A DNA stretch of 64,000 nucleotides from Ignavibacteria bacterium (GTDB taxonomy: Bacteria > Bacteroidota > Ignavibacteria > DATCTW01): the NCBI GenBank assembly GCA_036567745.1, contig DATCTW010000041.1, positions 124,260 through 188,259 on the forward strand, in the 5' to 3' direction. How positions within the stretch are numbered: position 1 is the first letter of the stretch; every line of letters starts with the position of its first letter. The notes below the pieces were generated by a model. The model was not told the DNA's origin. It saw only the letters and a list, made by a program, of their open reading frames with translations, and did no database searches. Positions 20,336 to 29,653 of the stretch are shown here, piece after piece. The position numbers were made by a program, and so were the translations under genes.

Positions 20336-22138
20336 ATGGCTAAGAATATTCTATGTGTTCCACTTGATCCGGTTCATGATGTTGGTTTAAAAATAATTAG
20401 AAATGCTCTTTTAAACAAAGGGCATAATGTAGATTTGTTGATGCCTGATTTACCAAATGAAGAAATTATTAACTTCGCTCTTAAGAAAAAGTACGATTAT
20501 ATTTTAGTAAGTAGAACACTTGGATATGGTGTATATGAGTTACTCGCAAAGTTTATCGATTTATGTGATGCTGCTGGTATTAGGGATACCGCTAAACTTG
20601 TAATAGGTGGTAAACCTATCACACCTCAACTTGCTGCAGAACTAGGTTTTGATAAAGGTTTTTCATCTTCATCGTCTATTGAGGAAATTGTTTCATATAT
20701 CGAAGGTAAAGAAATAACCTCTGATATGAATAAATATAAAAAAGTTAAAAAAGATTTCATCTCAGAACACTCTTATCAGTTTTTTAATAAAGAAATTGAG
20801 CAAGCTCTAAATATAATAGCAGATAAATTCCTTAATTGGGCTAAAGATAAAACTTCAGATGGAATTCTAAGAGCAGAGTTAATGCGAAATTATATTACTT
20901 CAGGTAAAAAGGATTCAAAAGCTTATGAAGAATATCTAAAACTCTGTGATGAAGAAATAAAAGTCTGTAATACTGGTGAAAGATATATAAAAGGTGTTAG
21001 AGTAATTGAAGAAGATGAACTTCTTAAGCTTGATAACTTCCTTCAAAATAGAATGGCATATCAACCAGTAAAAATTCAACACTCGAATACTCATCCATTA
21101 ATATTTAAGTTTCTTGGTAGTGGATGCCCTATTATGGATATTGTTCACGGTAAAATTTGCGAAAGATGGGGAGTTGATGGATTCTTATTAATCAATCCTT
21201 CATGGGAAGCAAGATACGAGGGTTTATTACATAACTACCTTACTCACCAGAACGATGGTACTATTACTTCTTTAGAAAATATTTTACTTGTAAAAAAATA
21301 TCTTTTAGATGGCACCTATCTTACTGTTAGAGCTCATAGAGGATTAAATACACCTGAAACTACTATGCTTGCTGGTGAAGCTGGTGCAGATATGACAAAA
21401 ATTAATTTGGTTTATGGTTCTTTGGGTGCTGGTACTGATCCAGAAAGGTTAGGTGTTGATGGTTTACAAGCCATAAAGTATGCAGCTGAATACAACATGC
21501 CTTTTGATATTCCAGGCAATGATGAGCTTAGTGGAGTGCCAGCTTATAAAACTTTGGCTGGATTATTAATAAATGTAATGATTGGTTTGAAAATTGGTGC
21601 CAAACCAATACCTAAACCATTATTCTGTTATGGTCCCCATATTATGATTAATGGTCAAATGGATAAGAATTACATAGATTATAATTATGCAAAAATACAG
21701 GCTCTAAGAGAAATCGCTGATTTACCCATTTGGCCCGGTGAACCAATTGCTTTTATGACTCAGAGCGAAGAAAGGGTTCAATCTGCGAATGCTACTTCGT
21801 ATCATTCTGCGTTAGCAGCCTTCTTGGGTGTTGATGCTATTACTATTGCTTCTACAGATGAAGCTTATTCAAGGGGACCTATTTGTGTAGCTTCAAGAAT
21901 TGATAGTCTAAGAGCTGTTCAAGATGCTTTTAAGTTTATTGGCGATACAAAAATTGAACCTACGAAAATGTGTGAGGTTTACAAAAATGAGATGATAGAA
22001 AATATTTACTCTGTTTTATCATCTGTTGCAAGAGAAGATAATTTACCTCAAGCAATTTATAAGGGTATATTGGGTAATAAAGAAGAAGATGGTGCATACC
22101 CCGGCACTTTTGGTAAAGGTACTGTAAGATGCAAATAA
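20336..22138 (+). CDS. cobalamin-binding-domain protein fused to a lysine-5,6-aminomutase / glutamate-mutase-like TIM barrel (B12-dependent mutase family, substrate unknown)
   Basis: 600 aa. The N-terminal ~130 aa look like a Rossmann-type B12-binding domain (NILCVPLDPVHDVGLKIIRNAL...ILVSRTLG...VIGGKP). The remainder resembles the large subunits of B12 (amino)mutases (RAHRGLNTPE..., ITIASTDEAYSRGP, C-terminal KGILGNKEEDGAYPGTFGKGTV, similar to the KamD tail). Assignment is from memory of family motifs, not a search. Confidence 0.55.
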   Translation: MAKNILCVPLDPVHDVGLKIIRNALLNKGHNVDLLMPDLPNEEIINFALKKKYDYILVSRTLGYGVYELLAKFIDLCDAAGIRDTAKLVIGGKPITPQLAAELGFDKGFSSSSSIEEIVSYIEGKEITSDMNKYKKVKKDFISEHSYQFFNKEIEQALNIIADKFLNWAKDKTSDGILRAELMRNYITSGKKDSKAYEEYLKLCDEEIKVCNTGERYIKGVRVIEEDELLKLDNFLQNRMAYQPVKIQHSNTHPLIFKFLGSGCPIMDIVHGKICERWGVDGFLLINPSWEARYEGLLHNYLTHQNDGTITSLENILLVKKYLLDGTYLTVRAHRGLNTPETTMLAGEAGADMTKINLVYGSLGAGTDPERLGVDGLQAIKYAAEYNMPFDIPGNDELSGVPAYKTLAGLLINVMIGLKIGAKPIPKPLFCYGPHIMINGQMDKNYIDYNYAKIQALREIADLPIWPGEPIAFMTQSEERVQSANATSYHSALAAFLGVDAITIASTDEAYSRGPICVASRIDSLRAVQDAFKFIGDTKIEPTKMCEVYKNEMIENIYSVLSSVAREDNLPQAIYKGILGNKEEDGAYPGTFGKGTVRCK

Positions 22139-23163
22139 TTGGTATTGTTGGAACCGCTAAGAATACCGGAAAAACTACAGCTTTAACTTCTATACTTGAT
22201 AGTCTATCAAAAAATGAATTCTCTTTAGGTGTTACAAGTATTGGTTATGATGGTGAGGATATTGATAATTTAACTTTTTTACCTAAACCTCGAATATTTT
22301 TAAAGGAAGGCGTAATAATTGCAAGCTCTTCACTTACATTTGAAACCTCAAAGATTAAATACGAAATTTTATACGAAACAGATATATATACTCCTCTTGG
22401 CAAGGTGATAATTGCTAAAGTATTAGAGCCTGGTAAAATAGTGATTGCAGGTCCAAATAATATTAAAGATTTAAAAAAAATAATCGCTCTATTCAAAACC
22501 CTCAATACAGATTTTCTTTTTGTTGATGGTGCAATGAATAGAATGGCTCCTATGTACTTAGCAGATAAGGTTATTTTTTCAACAGGTGCTTCCAGAAGTA
22601 CAGAGATAAAAAATATTGTAGAGGAAATTTCTTTAATAAGTTTAATATTTAATAAAAATATAATGCCCCAATATGATATAAATAACAATTGTTTCTTTGT
22701 TAAGAACGGAGAGTTACAGGAAACAGAAATTAAATCACTTTTGACAAAAGATGATTTATTGAAATTATTTTCATATCGACCAGAAAATTATGAGAAAGTT
22801 GTAATAAAAAATATTTTTTCCTCAGCTGTTGTAAAAGAGTTTGTTCAGGAAATACTTAAGAAAAAAGATACTTATGAAATGGTATTTCTTGAACCATTTA
22901 GATTACTATTATCAATGAATGATATCACTATTTCAGGGTTCAGAAGAATGTTTACAAATAGTATAAATATTTCTTTTATCTATAAACCCAGTTTGATTGC
23001 AATAACAGTTAATTCATTTTATCCTAAATATGAAAACTTCCATTTTACTGCTGGATACATAGATAAGTATTTACTTAAGAAAAGTGTTGTTGAAGGAGTA
23101 ACTGTTCCAGTTTTTGATATTTTTGAAGAGGGTAGTAAAGATTTAGTAAAATTGTTATTCTAA
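22129..23163 (+). CDS. P-loop NTPase of unknown function, translationally coupled to the B12-domain gene
   Basis: 344 aa with Walker A GTAKNTGKTT at residues 8-17. Its ATG at 22129 lies 10 nt inside the upstream gene (stop 22136-22138). Confidence 0.55.
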   Translation: MQIIGIVGTAKNTGKTTALTSILDSLSKNEFSLGVTSIGYDGEDIDNLTFLPKPRIFLKEGVIIASSSLTFETSKIKYEILYETDIYTPLGKVIIAKVLEPGKIVIAGPNNIKDLKKIIALFKTLNTDFLFVDGAMNRMAPMYLADKVIFSTGASRSTEIKNIVEEISLISLIFNKNIMPQYDINNNCFFVKNGELQETEIKSLLTKDDLLKLFSYRPENYEKVVIKNIFSSAVVKEFVQEILKKKDTYEMVFLEPFRLLLSMNDITISGFRRMFTNSINISFIYKPSLIAITVNSFYPKYENFHFTAGYIDKYLLKKSVVEGVTVPVFDIFEEGSKDLVKLLF

Positions 23164-23168
23164 AATAT

Positions 23169-23990
23169 ATGAAGAAAAATATTTTGTTAAATAAACCCAA
23201 AAAGTCTTTAGGTCAGAACTTTTTAATTGATGAAAATATTTCAAGAAAAACCGTAAAACTGCTTGATATAAAACCAGAAGATTATTTTTTGGAAATAGGT
23301 CCAGGTTATGGCTCCCTTACCAAATATTTAATTGAACAAACAAAAAATTTAATATGCGTTGAAATAGATAAAGAGATTTTTAAAAATATTTCAGAGAAAT
23401 ATTCTGACATAAAAATAATTAATGAAGATGTTTTAAAAATAAATTTTAATTCTTTAGCTGAAGGTATTGATAGATTAAGAGTTGTTGGTAACATCCCTTA
23501 TAATATAACTTCACAAATAATATTTCATATTATTGACCAGAGAGAGAAAATTAAGGATTTGACAATTATGGTGCAATTAGAAGTTGCAGAAAGAATAATA
23601 GCCAAACCAAAAAGTAAAGAGTATGGTATACTTTCTGTAATTTCTCAAGCTTATTCAACCCCAAAACTATTATTTAAAGTGCCTCCACAATGTTTCTTTC
23701 CTAAACCAAAAGTTTATTCTGGAATGCTTCATTTTGATTTTACAAATAATTTAAATAATAAGATAGTGAATCATAATTTATTTAGAAAATTAGTTAGAAC
23801 TACTTTTGCAAAGAGAAGAAAAATACTAAAAAATAGCTTAAAAGATATTGATGAGAAATTGGATTTAAATGCTTTTGATATGTATTTATCTAAAAGACCA
23901 GAAGAGCTTAGTATACATGAGTTTATTGACTTAAGTAACAAAATTAATACAATTATTTCAGATCCCGGATCTTCTTATGACGTTTCTTAA
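23169..23990 (+). CDS. rsmA: 16S rRNA (adenine1518/1519-N6)-dimethyltransferase
   Basis: 273 aa. KKSLGQNFLIDENI, EIGPGYGSLT and GNIPYNITS are the KsgA/RsmA signatures. Confidence 0.9.
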   Translation: MKKNILLNKPKKSLGQNFLIDENISRKTVKLLDIKPEDYFLEIGPGYGSLTKYLIEQTKNLICVEIDKEIFKNISEKYSDIKIINEDVLKINFNSLAEGIDRLRVVGNIPYNITSQIIFHIIDQREKIKDLTIMVQLEVAERIIAKPKSKEYGILSVISQAYSTPKLLFKVPPQCFFPKPKVYSGMLHFDFTNNLNNKIVNHNLFRKLVRTTFAKRRKILKNSLKDIDEKLDLNAFDMYLSKRPEELSIHEFIDLSNKINTIISDPGSSYDVS

Positions 23991-25292
23991 TTCTTCCTTC
24001 CCCTCTTTAATTATTTCCTCTTCGTCGTATCTTAAGTTCACTTTATTTTTGATTACAAACTCTCCGTCAATCATTACAGAATCAATATTATCGTTAGAAG
24101 ATGAATAGACTATCGTAGATAATATTGAATTTAAATCATCGTTTATTAAGGGATTCTGAATTTTATTTAAATCCCAGAAAACAAGATCTGCTTTTTTCCC
24201 AATTTCGATGCTTCCTATTTCGTTTTCTTTATGTAAAGTTTTTGCACCACCAATTGTTGCAATTTCAAAAATTTGTTTTGCTGAAATGATAGTTGGTGAT
24301 TTTATTTTTTGTATCAAAGCAGCTAATCTCATCTCCGTTAATATATTCAAGTTATTATTACATGGGGCACCATCTGCTGCTATTGATAGCGTGATGCCTC
24401 TTGATATATATTCCGGAATATTGGCAATACCTGAACCAAGTTTAAGGTTAGATGATGGGCAGTGTAATACTTTTGTGTCCGTATCTTTTAATAAATCTAT
24501 TTCATTTTCGTTAAGCCAAATGCAATGTGCAAGGCAAGTTGTATTACCTAATAATCCCATATCATAGAATATTTCAATATTTCTTTTGCCTGTACGATTT
24601 ATCACAGCTTGTAATTCATTCTTGTTTTCTGAAGCGTGTGAATGAAATAGTGTGCCCTTTATATCATTATGTAATTTATAAGTCTCAATTAATAATTCAT
24701 CTGAACAAGATAGAATGAACCGTGGTGCAAAAGCATATTTTAGTCTAGTGTTATTTTTTTTTGAAATATAATTTGCCAAAGAAATCGATTTTTCAATTGA
24801 TTCTTTTGTAGTTTCTTTATATTTAGGGTAAGAATCGTTAATATCCATCATTGCTTTACCTAAAAAAGCTCTTAAGCCACTTTTTTCAACTTCATCAATT
24901 ATTATTTCTTCATGGTTTAGAGCCCCCATATCCATTATTGTTGTAGTACCACATCTAAATAATTCTGAGATTCCAATTTTAGCGGAAATAGCAATAGATT
25001 TTTCGTTATGTGCAAATTCTAAAGGGAATATGTATTTGTTAAGCCAATCTAATAGTTCTACATCATCTGCTAAACCCCTAAATAATGTTTGGCAAAGATG
25101 TATATGTGGTTGAATAAATCCAGGTGTACATAACAAACTATCGAAGTTATAAAATTCATAAAAATTATTATTTGCATTATCTGCGCTTTTTATATGAGTT
25201 ATTATATTATTTTCTATTATAATATCTACATTTTTTCTTAATTTAAAGGGAAAGCCTTCTAATAATTGAGCTACTCGAATTTTCTTTTTCAT
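23958..25292 (-). CDS. amidohydrolase, MTA/SAH deaminase (MtaD) / chlorohydrolase-type
   Basis: 444 aa. The metal-binding HxH is in PGFIQPHIHLCQTLFRGLADD. LFHSHASEN and VLHCPSSNLKLGSG are typical of the TRZ/ATZ-MtaD subgroup. Confidence 0.75.
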   Translation of the reverse strand: MKKKIRVAQLLEGFPFKLRKNVDIIIENNIITHIKSADNANNNFYEFYNFDSLLCTPGFIQPHIHLCQTLFRGLADDVELLDWLNKYIFPLEFAHNEKSIAISAKIGISELFRCGTTTIMDMGALNHEEIIIDEVEKSGLRAFLGKAMMDINDSYPKYKETTKESIEKSISLANYISKKNNTRLKYAFAPRFILSCSDELLIETYKLHNDIKGTLFHSHASENKNELQAVINRTGKRNIEIFYDMGLLGNTTCLAHCIWLNENEIDLLKDTDTKVLHCPSSNLKLGSGIANIPEYISRGITLSIAADGAPCNNNLNILTEMRLAALIQKIKSPTIISAKQIFEIATIGGAKTLHKENEIGSIEIGKKADLVFWDLNKIQNPLINDDLNSILSTIVYSSSNDNIDSVMIDGEFVIKNKVNLRYDEEEIIKEGKEELRNVIRRSGI

Positions 25293-27340
25293 TTTCCTAG
25301 TAATGTTATTATATTATGAATCATAAATCCTTTTAAGGAATCTCCACATAATGGATTATAAATAAAATCAATTGATTGTGTTTTAACTAACTCATCTGCT
25401 TTCATTACCCAATCAGCAGTATCTGGTACTACAAGGTTTCTATTTGGTGGTAAATAGGATGATAATTTCCCAATTATTGTCAATGCTTCATTCTCTTTTT
25501 CCACACCAGAATAAATCAGGCTTAATTTAATAATCTGGTCAGAAGGTACATTTATTGGATATGGTAAATTTGCTTCAGGAGAATATTCATGGAATGACCA
25601 AAAATATTTAGGATGTTTGTAAAGCGTAGTGCTATCCCAATGACCAACTAACATAACTGATAATGGTTGTGATCCTAAAAAGTGAAAATCAAAATGACTT
25701 AAGATAAAGCTTCTTGTTTCAGGTGTAAGTGTTGTGTTTATTCTAGCATCAGCTATAATCCAACCCGACTTATGTTCTTTAAGAAAATTGAGAAAACTTC
25801 TATGATTAATCATTGAATTTGGATAAAGAGTTGTATCTTTAACCAATTCATCTGCAACATTAAATTTATTTAAATTTACAATAACTTGTCTTAAACCATA
25901 AATATTTCTATCAATATAAAATTCTGCTATTCTTGGCATTAAACAAATAACATCTTCTCCTTCTTTTATGTTATCGTTTACGTATTGGCAAGCATGTCTA
26001 TAGGGATAAAAAGTATATTCTCCAATATTTGCATCTAAATATATGTTTTTTTTCATTTTTATTTCAAATAAGTTTTTATAATCTTTATAAGGAATAGTTA
26101 ATGATATTATTATTAAAATAGTAGTAAAACTTATTATATCTAAAGCATTTTTATTCAGAAAAGAGAAAAATTTTTTTATCAGTAAAAAAAGAAAAAATAA
26201 ACCAATCGCAATATAAGTTAAATAAAAAGGATATATTGGGAAAAAATATCTTTGTTGTAAAACATGTATGAAAAAACCTAAAATAATTAGATTAGAAAAA
26301 AACATTGAATGTAAGAAAAATAGAAATTTTTTGTTTTCAATAATAAAAAAGCTTAAGATGAAACCCAATAATGCAAATATCCATAAATAATTGAAATCAT
26401 AATTAAATAATTTAAAGTAATGTTTCACTCCTTTAAAAGGATCATCTTTCAAAAAATCAATTGTTCTTTTTATATTTGGAGAAACAACATCTATAGTTCC
26501 TTTTTGTTGAAAAAATTCAACAAACAAATTGCTTTCGATTAATAACCAACCAAAAAGGACAACAAAAATAAATATAAAACCTAAAAATAGAAAATAATAT
26601 TTTAAATTTTTGTTTTTCTTATCATAAGTAAAATGATAAAAGAACATTATGAAAAAGTAAAATATTGCTGTAATCCAGAACAATACAACCCACGGGTGAA
26701 TTAAAATAGAAATTATAAACAATAATATAAAAATTATGAAATGTTTTAATGAAAGAAAATTAAGAAAGTCTTTATATAAAGATTTATCAATAACATAATT
26801 TGTGTTAATACTTTTGAGCAAAAATAATGATAAAATTAGATATGAAAATTGTAAAGCTGTATAAGGTCTTGCTGTTCGTGAAAAGAATACTTCAAAAAAA
26901 GATACGGATAATAAAATGCTTGTGAATAATGCAATTGTTTTATTAGTGTTTTTTTTTAAAAAGAAATAATTAAATATTATACAAATTACACCAAATAATG
27001 CGGATGGTAATCTGGCTGAAAGTTCATTTATGCCTAAAGAAAGAAAAAAAATATATTGTAACAGTGTAAATAAAAACGATGTTTGATATTCGCTGCCGGT
27101 TCCAGTAATTAATTTTTTTGCAGCAGTCATTGTATATGCTTCGTCTTCATTTATCCATAATTGGCTTATATTTATTATTCTAAGTAAAAGACCTATTAGA
27201 ATAAATATAATTAGAATAATTAAGATAAGATTTTGTGAATTTACTTGTTCTTTATTTGTTAATAGATCAAGTAATTTATTGTTATAATTGGAACTTGTCT
27301 TTGATTTATAGTAAATTTTATTTTTTTTCCTTTTACTCAT
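25289..27340 (-). CDS. ArnT/PMT-like (GT39/GT83-type) polytopic membrane glycosyltransferase
   Basis: 683 aa with more than 10 predicted TM segments. The first-loop acidic motif NEDEAYTMTAAKK and a large C-terminal soluble domain are present. Its stop overlaps the amidohydrolase start (ATGA at 25292-25289). Confidence 0.65.
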   Translation of the reverse strand: MSKRKKNKIYYKSKTSSNYNNKLLDLLTNKEQVNSQNLILIILIIFILIGLLLRIINISQLWINEDEAYTMTAAKKLITGTGSEYQTSFLFTLLQYIFFLSLGINELSARLPSALFGVICIIFNYFFLKKNTNKTIALFTSILLSVSFFEVFFSRTARPYTALQFSYLILSLFLLKSINTNYVIDKSLYKDFLNFLSLKHFIIFILLFIISILIHPWVVLFWITAIFYFFIMFFYHFTYDKKNKNLKYYFLFLGFIFIFVVLFGWLLIESNLFVEFFQQKGTIDVVSPNIKRTIDFLKDDPFKGVKHYFKLFNYDFNYLWIFALLGFILSFFIIENKKFLFFLHSMFFSNLIILGFFIHVLQQRYFFPIYPFYLTYIAIGLFFLFLLIKKFFSFLNKNALDIISFTTILIIISLTIPYKDYKNLFEIKMKKNIYLDANIGEYTFYPYRHACQYVNDNIKEGEDVICLMPRIAEFYIDRNIYGLRQVIVNLNKFNVADELVKDTTLYPNSMINHRSFLNFLKEHKSGWIIADARINTTLTPETRSFILSHFDFHFLGSQPLSVMLVGHWDSTTLYKHPKYFWSFHEYSPEANLPYPINVPSDQIIKLSLIYSGVEKENEALTIIGKLSSYLPPNRNLVVPDTADWVMKADELVKTQSIDFIYNPLCGDSLKGFMIHNIITLLGK

Positions 27341-27437
27341 AAATATAATTCCAAATTCTTATATCTTATTATTTTATTGTAATTTAGAAATTTTTTAATT
27401 AAATTTCAACCAAAACAGAAAATTTCTCATATTTATT

Positions 27438-28877
27438 ATGCACGAAAATTATATTATATCTTTATTAGAAAATTACAATAAAACTAAAATAAATTTCTGG
27501 AATAATATAGCTGAGAAAAATGATTTAGACAAAAGTACTAAAAGGTTTTATAGGAAGTTAATTTCAAAAATTTATAAAATATTAATTCCTGAAGGTTACA
27601 GAATTCTTGAATTAGGTTGCGGTGAGGGGGATTTGCTTAATGATTTAAAACCTTCTTGTGGTGTGGGTATTGATTTTTCTGATAAAATGATTGAAAAGGC
27701 AAAAGCAAAACATCCAAATTTACAATTTTTTGAATATGATGTACATGATATACCCTTAGAAGATAAATTTGACTATATAATTCTTTCAGATTTGATAAAT
27801 GATGTTTTTGATGTTCAATTACTTTTCAGAAATTTAAGAAAATTTTGTACTGAATCAACAAGGATTGTATTCAATTTTTATTCTCATCTTTGGGAATTGC
27901 CTTTAAATATTTCTTCAAAATTAAAACTGAGAAAAGAATATAAACAACAAAATTGGTTAACAGTAGATGATTTAGAGAATATTTTAAAGTTAGAGAATTA
28001 TGAGATTGTTAACAGAAGATCAGAAATTCTATTCCCTTTTAATATTCCTTTATTATCTCAATTTTTAAATAAATTTCTTGTAAAACTTTGGCCTTTTAAT
28101 TTATTATCTCTCTCAAACTTTTTAGTTGTCAGGTTAAATGTTAAAATGCGTGAGAATAAATCATCAGTATCTGTAATTATTCCGGCAAGAAACGAGGAGG
28201 GACATATTGAAGAAATATTTAAACGTGTTCCTGAAATGGGTTCATTCACAGAGTTAATCTTTGTTGAAGGTAACTCTACAGATAATACTTATCAGAAAAT
28301 AGAAGAGTGTATAAGAAAACATCAAGATAAGAAATGCTTCTTATATAAACAAACAGGAAAAGGTAAAGGAGATGCAGTACGTCTTGGTTTTGAAAAAGCT
28401 AGTGGTGATATTTTGATGATTTTAGATGCCGATATTACTGTTCCACCGGAATACTTGCCAAGGTTTTATGATGCAATTGAAAACAACTATGGTGAGTTTA
28501 TAAATGGTGTAAGGTTGGTATATCCAATGGAAGAAAAAGCTATGAGATTTTTTAATCTCTTAGGAAATAAATTTTTTAGTTTAGCTTTTTCCTGGTTGTT
28601 GAGTCAAAAAATAAAGGATACTCTTTGCGGTACAAAAGTTCTTAGAAAAAAAGATTATGAAAAAATCGCTGCTAATCGATCATATTTTGGTGATTTCGAT
28701 CCTTTTGGTGATTTTGACTTACTTTTTGGAGCTGCAAAATTAAATTTAAAGATTGTTGATTTACCAATCAGGTATGGGCAACGTGTTTATGGCACAACAA
28801 ATATTCAACGATGGAAACATGGTTTTTTATTACTAAAAATGGTAATATTTGCAGCAAAAAAGATAAAATTTATTTAA
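27438..28877 (+). CDS. fusion of a class I SAM methyltransferase and a GT2 (polyprenyl-phosphate glycosyltransferase-like) domain
   Basis: 479 aa. The N-terminal domain carries ILELGCGEGD. The C-terminal domain carries VSVIIPARNEE, ILDADITVP (DxD) and a terminal TM helix, as in ArnC/DPM1-like GT2 enzymes. Confidence 0.8.
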   Translation: MHENYIISLLENYNKTKINFWNNIAEKNDLDKSTKRFYRKLISKIYKILIPEGYRILELGCGEGDLLNDLKPSCGVGIDFSDKMIEKAKAKHPNLQFFEYDVHDIPLEDKFDYIILSDLINDVFDVQLLFRNLRKFCTESTRIVFNFYSHLWELPLNISSKLKLRKEYKQQNWLTVDDLENILKLENYEIVNRRSEILFPFNIPLLSQFLNKFLVKLWPFNLLSLSNFLVVRLNVKMRENKSSVSVIIPARNEEGHIEEIFKRVPEMGSFTELIFVEGNSTDNTYQKIEECIRKHQDKKCFLYKQTGKGKGDAVRLGFEKASGDILMILDADITVPPEYLPRFYDAIENNYGEFINGVRLVYPMEEKAMRFFNLLGNKFFSLAFSWLLSQKIKDTLCGTKVLRKKDYEKIAANRSYFGDFDPFGDFDLLFGAAKLNLKIVDLPIRYGQRVYGTTNIQRWKHGFLLLKMVIFAAKKIKFI

Positions 28878-28885
28878 AAAAAATT

Positions 28886-29653
28886 ATGGATTCATATAAT
28901 CATCTTGATGATCCTTCAATAGTAAATTTTAGATCAACTATTATAAAGAAAAAGAAATTTTTATATAAAATTTATGAAGAATGGTATACAATTATTCGAA
29001 ATAATTTATCAAGTAATGATCAACCTGTATTAGAGATAGGTTCGGGGCCTGGTTTTTTAAAACAATTTTGCAAAAATAAAAAAATTATTACTTCAGAAAT
29101 AATGTATAATAATAAAGTTGATTTGATATTTGACGCTGCTAAATTATTTCCTTTTAAAAACAATTCCTTGTCTGCAATAGTAATGACCGATGTATTACAT
29201 CACTTACCTAACGTAAAAACATTTTTTGAAGAATCTATTAGAGTATTAATAGATAATGGTAAAATAATTATGATAGAACCATGGTGTACCTTTTGGTCAA
29301 AATTTATTTATTCAAATTTTCATCATGAAACCTTTGATACTGAAGTGAAAGAATGGGAATTTGAAAGTAGGGGTCCTCTATCTGATGCTAATGGAGCATT
29401 ACCTTGGATAATTTTTAAACGAGATTATTTAATCTTCTCAAAACTTTATCCTCAATTAGAACTTAAAACAGTAAAACTATTAATGCCTATCAGTTATCTA
29501 TTATCTGGTGGATTTTCTTATCCATCATTAATACCTCATTTTTTTTATAAATTAATTAGAAAATTTGAAAATTTTTCAAATGTGGTCAATAAAAAAATGG
29601 CAATGTTCGCTTATATTGAAATAATTAACCATAAAATAAATAGATATGAGTAG
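28886..29653 (+). CDS. class I SAM-dependent methyltransferase
   Basis: VLEIGSGPGF motif. I start it at ATG 28886, 9 nt after the upstream stop. The ORF-track start at 28811 would overlap the preceding gene by 67 nt. Confidence 0.7.
   Translation: MDSYNHLDDPSIVNFRSTIIKKKKFLYKIYEEWYTIIRNNLSSNDQPVLEIGSGPGFLKQFCKNKKIITSEIMYNNKVDLIFDAAKLFPFKNNSLSAIVMTDVLHHLPNVKTFFEESIRVLIDNGKIIMIEPWCTFWSKFIYSNFHHETFDTEVKEWEFESRGPLSDANGALPWIIFKRDYLIFSKLYPQLELKTVKLLMPISYLLSGGFSYPSLIPHFFYKLIRKFENFSNVVNKKMAMFAYIEIINHKINRYE

Noticed and set aside
22245-22688. Antisense or alternative-frame ORFs inside strong genes (22245..22688, 24208..24567, 14756..15061, 30753..31010, 56794..57390, 8316..8588, 7640..7852, 53065..53322, 62555..62794 and similar short ones)
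   Set aside because: Each lies wholly within a longer ORF that has recognisable family motifs. None has a recognisable motif or RBS of its own.
28811-28885. N-terminal extension of the methyltransferase ORF (track start 28811)
   Set aside because: It would overlap the preceding GT2 gene by 67 nt. ATG 28886 lies just after that gene's stop and precedes the conserved domain. For similar reasons I preferred internal starts with GGAG-type RBS for 15251..16153 (16108), 57982..58800 (58755), and 43005..43919 (43853, which gives a clean signal peptide).
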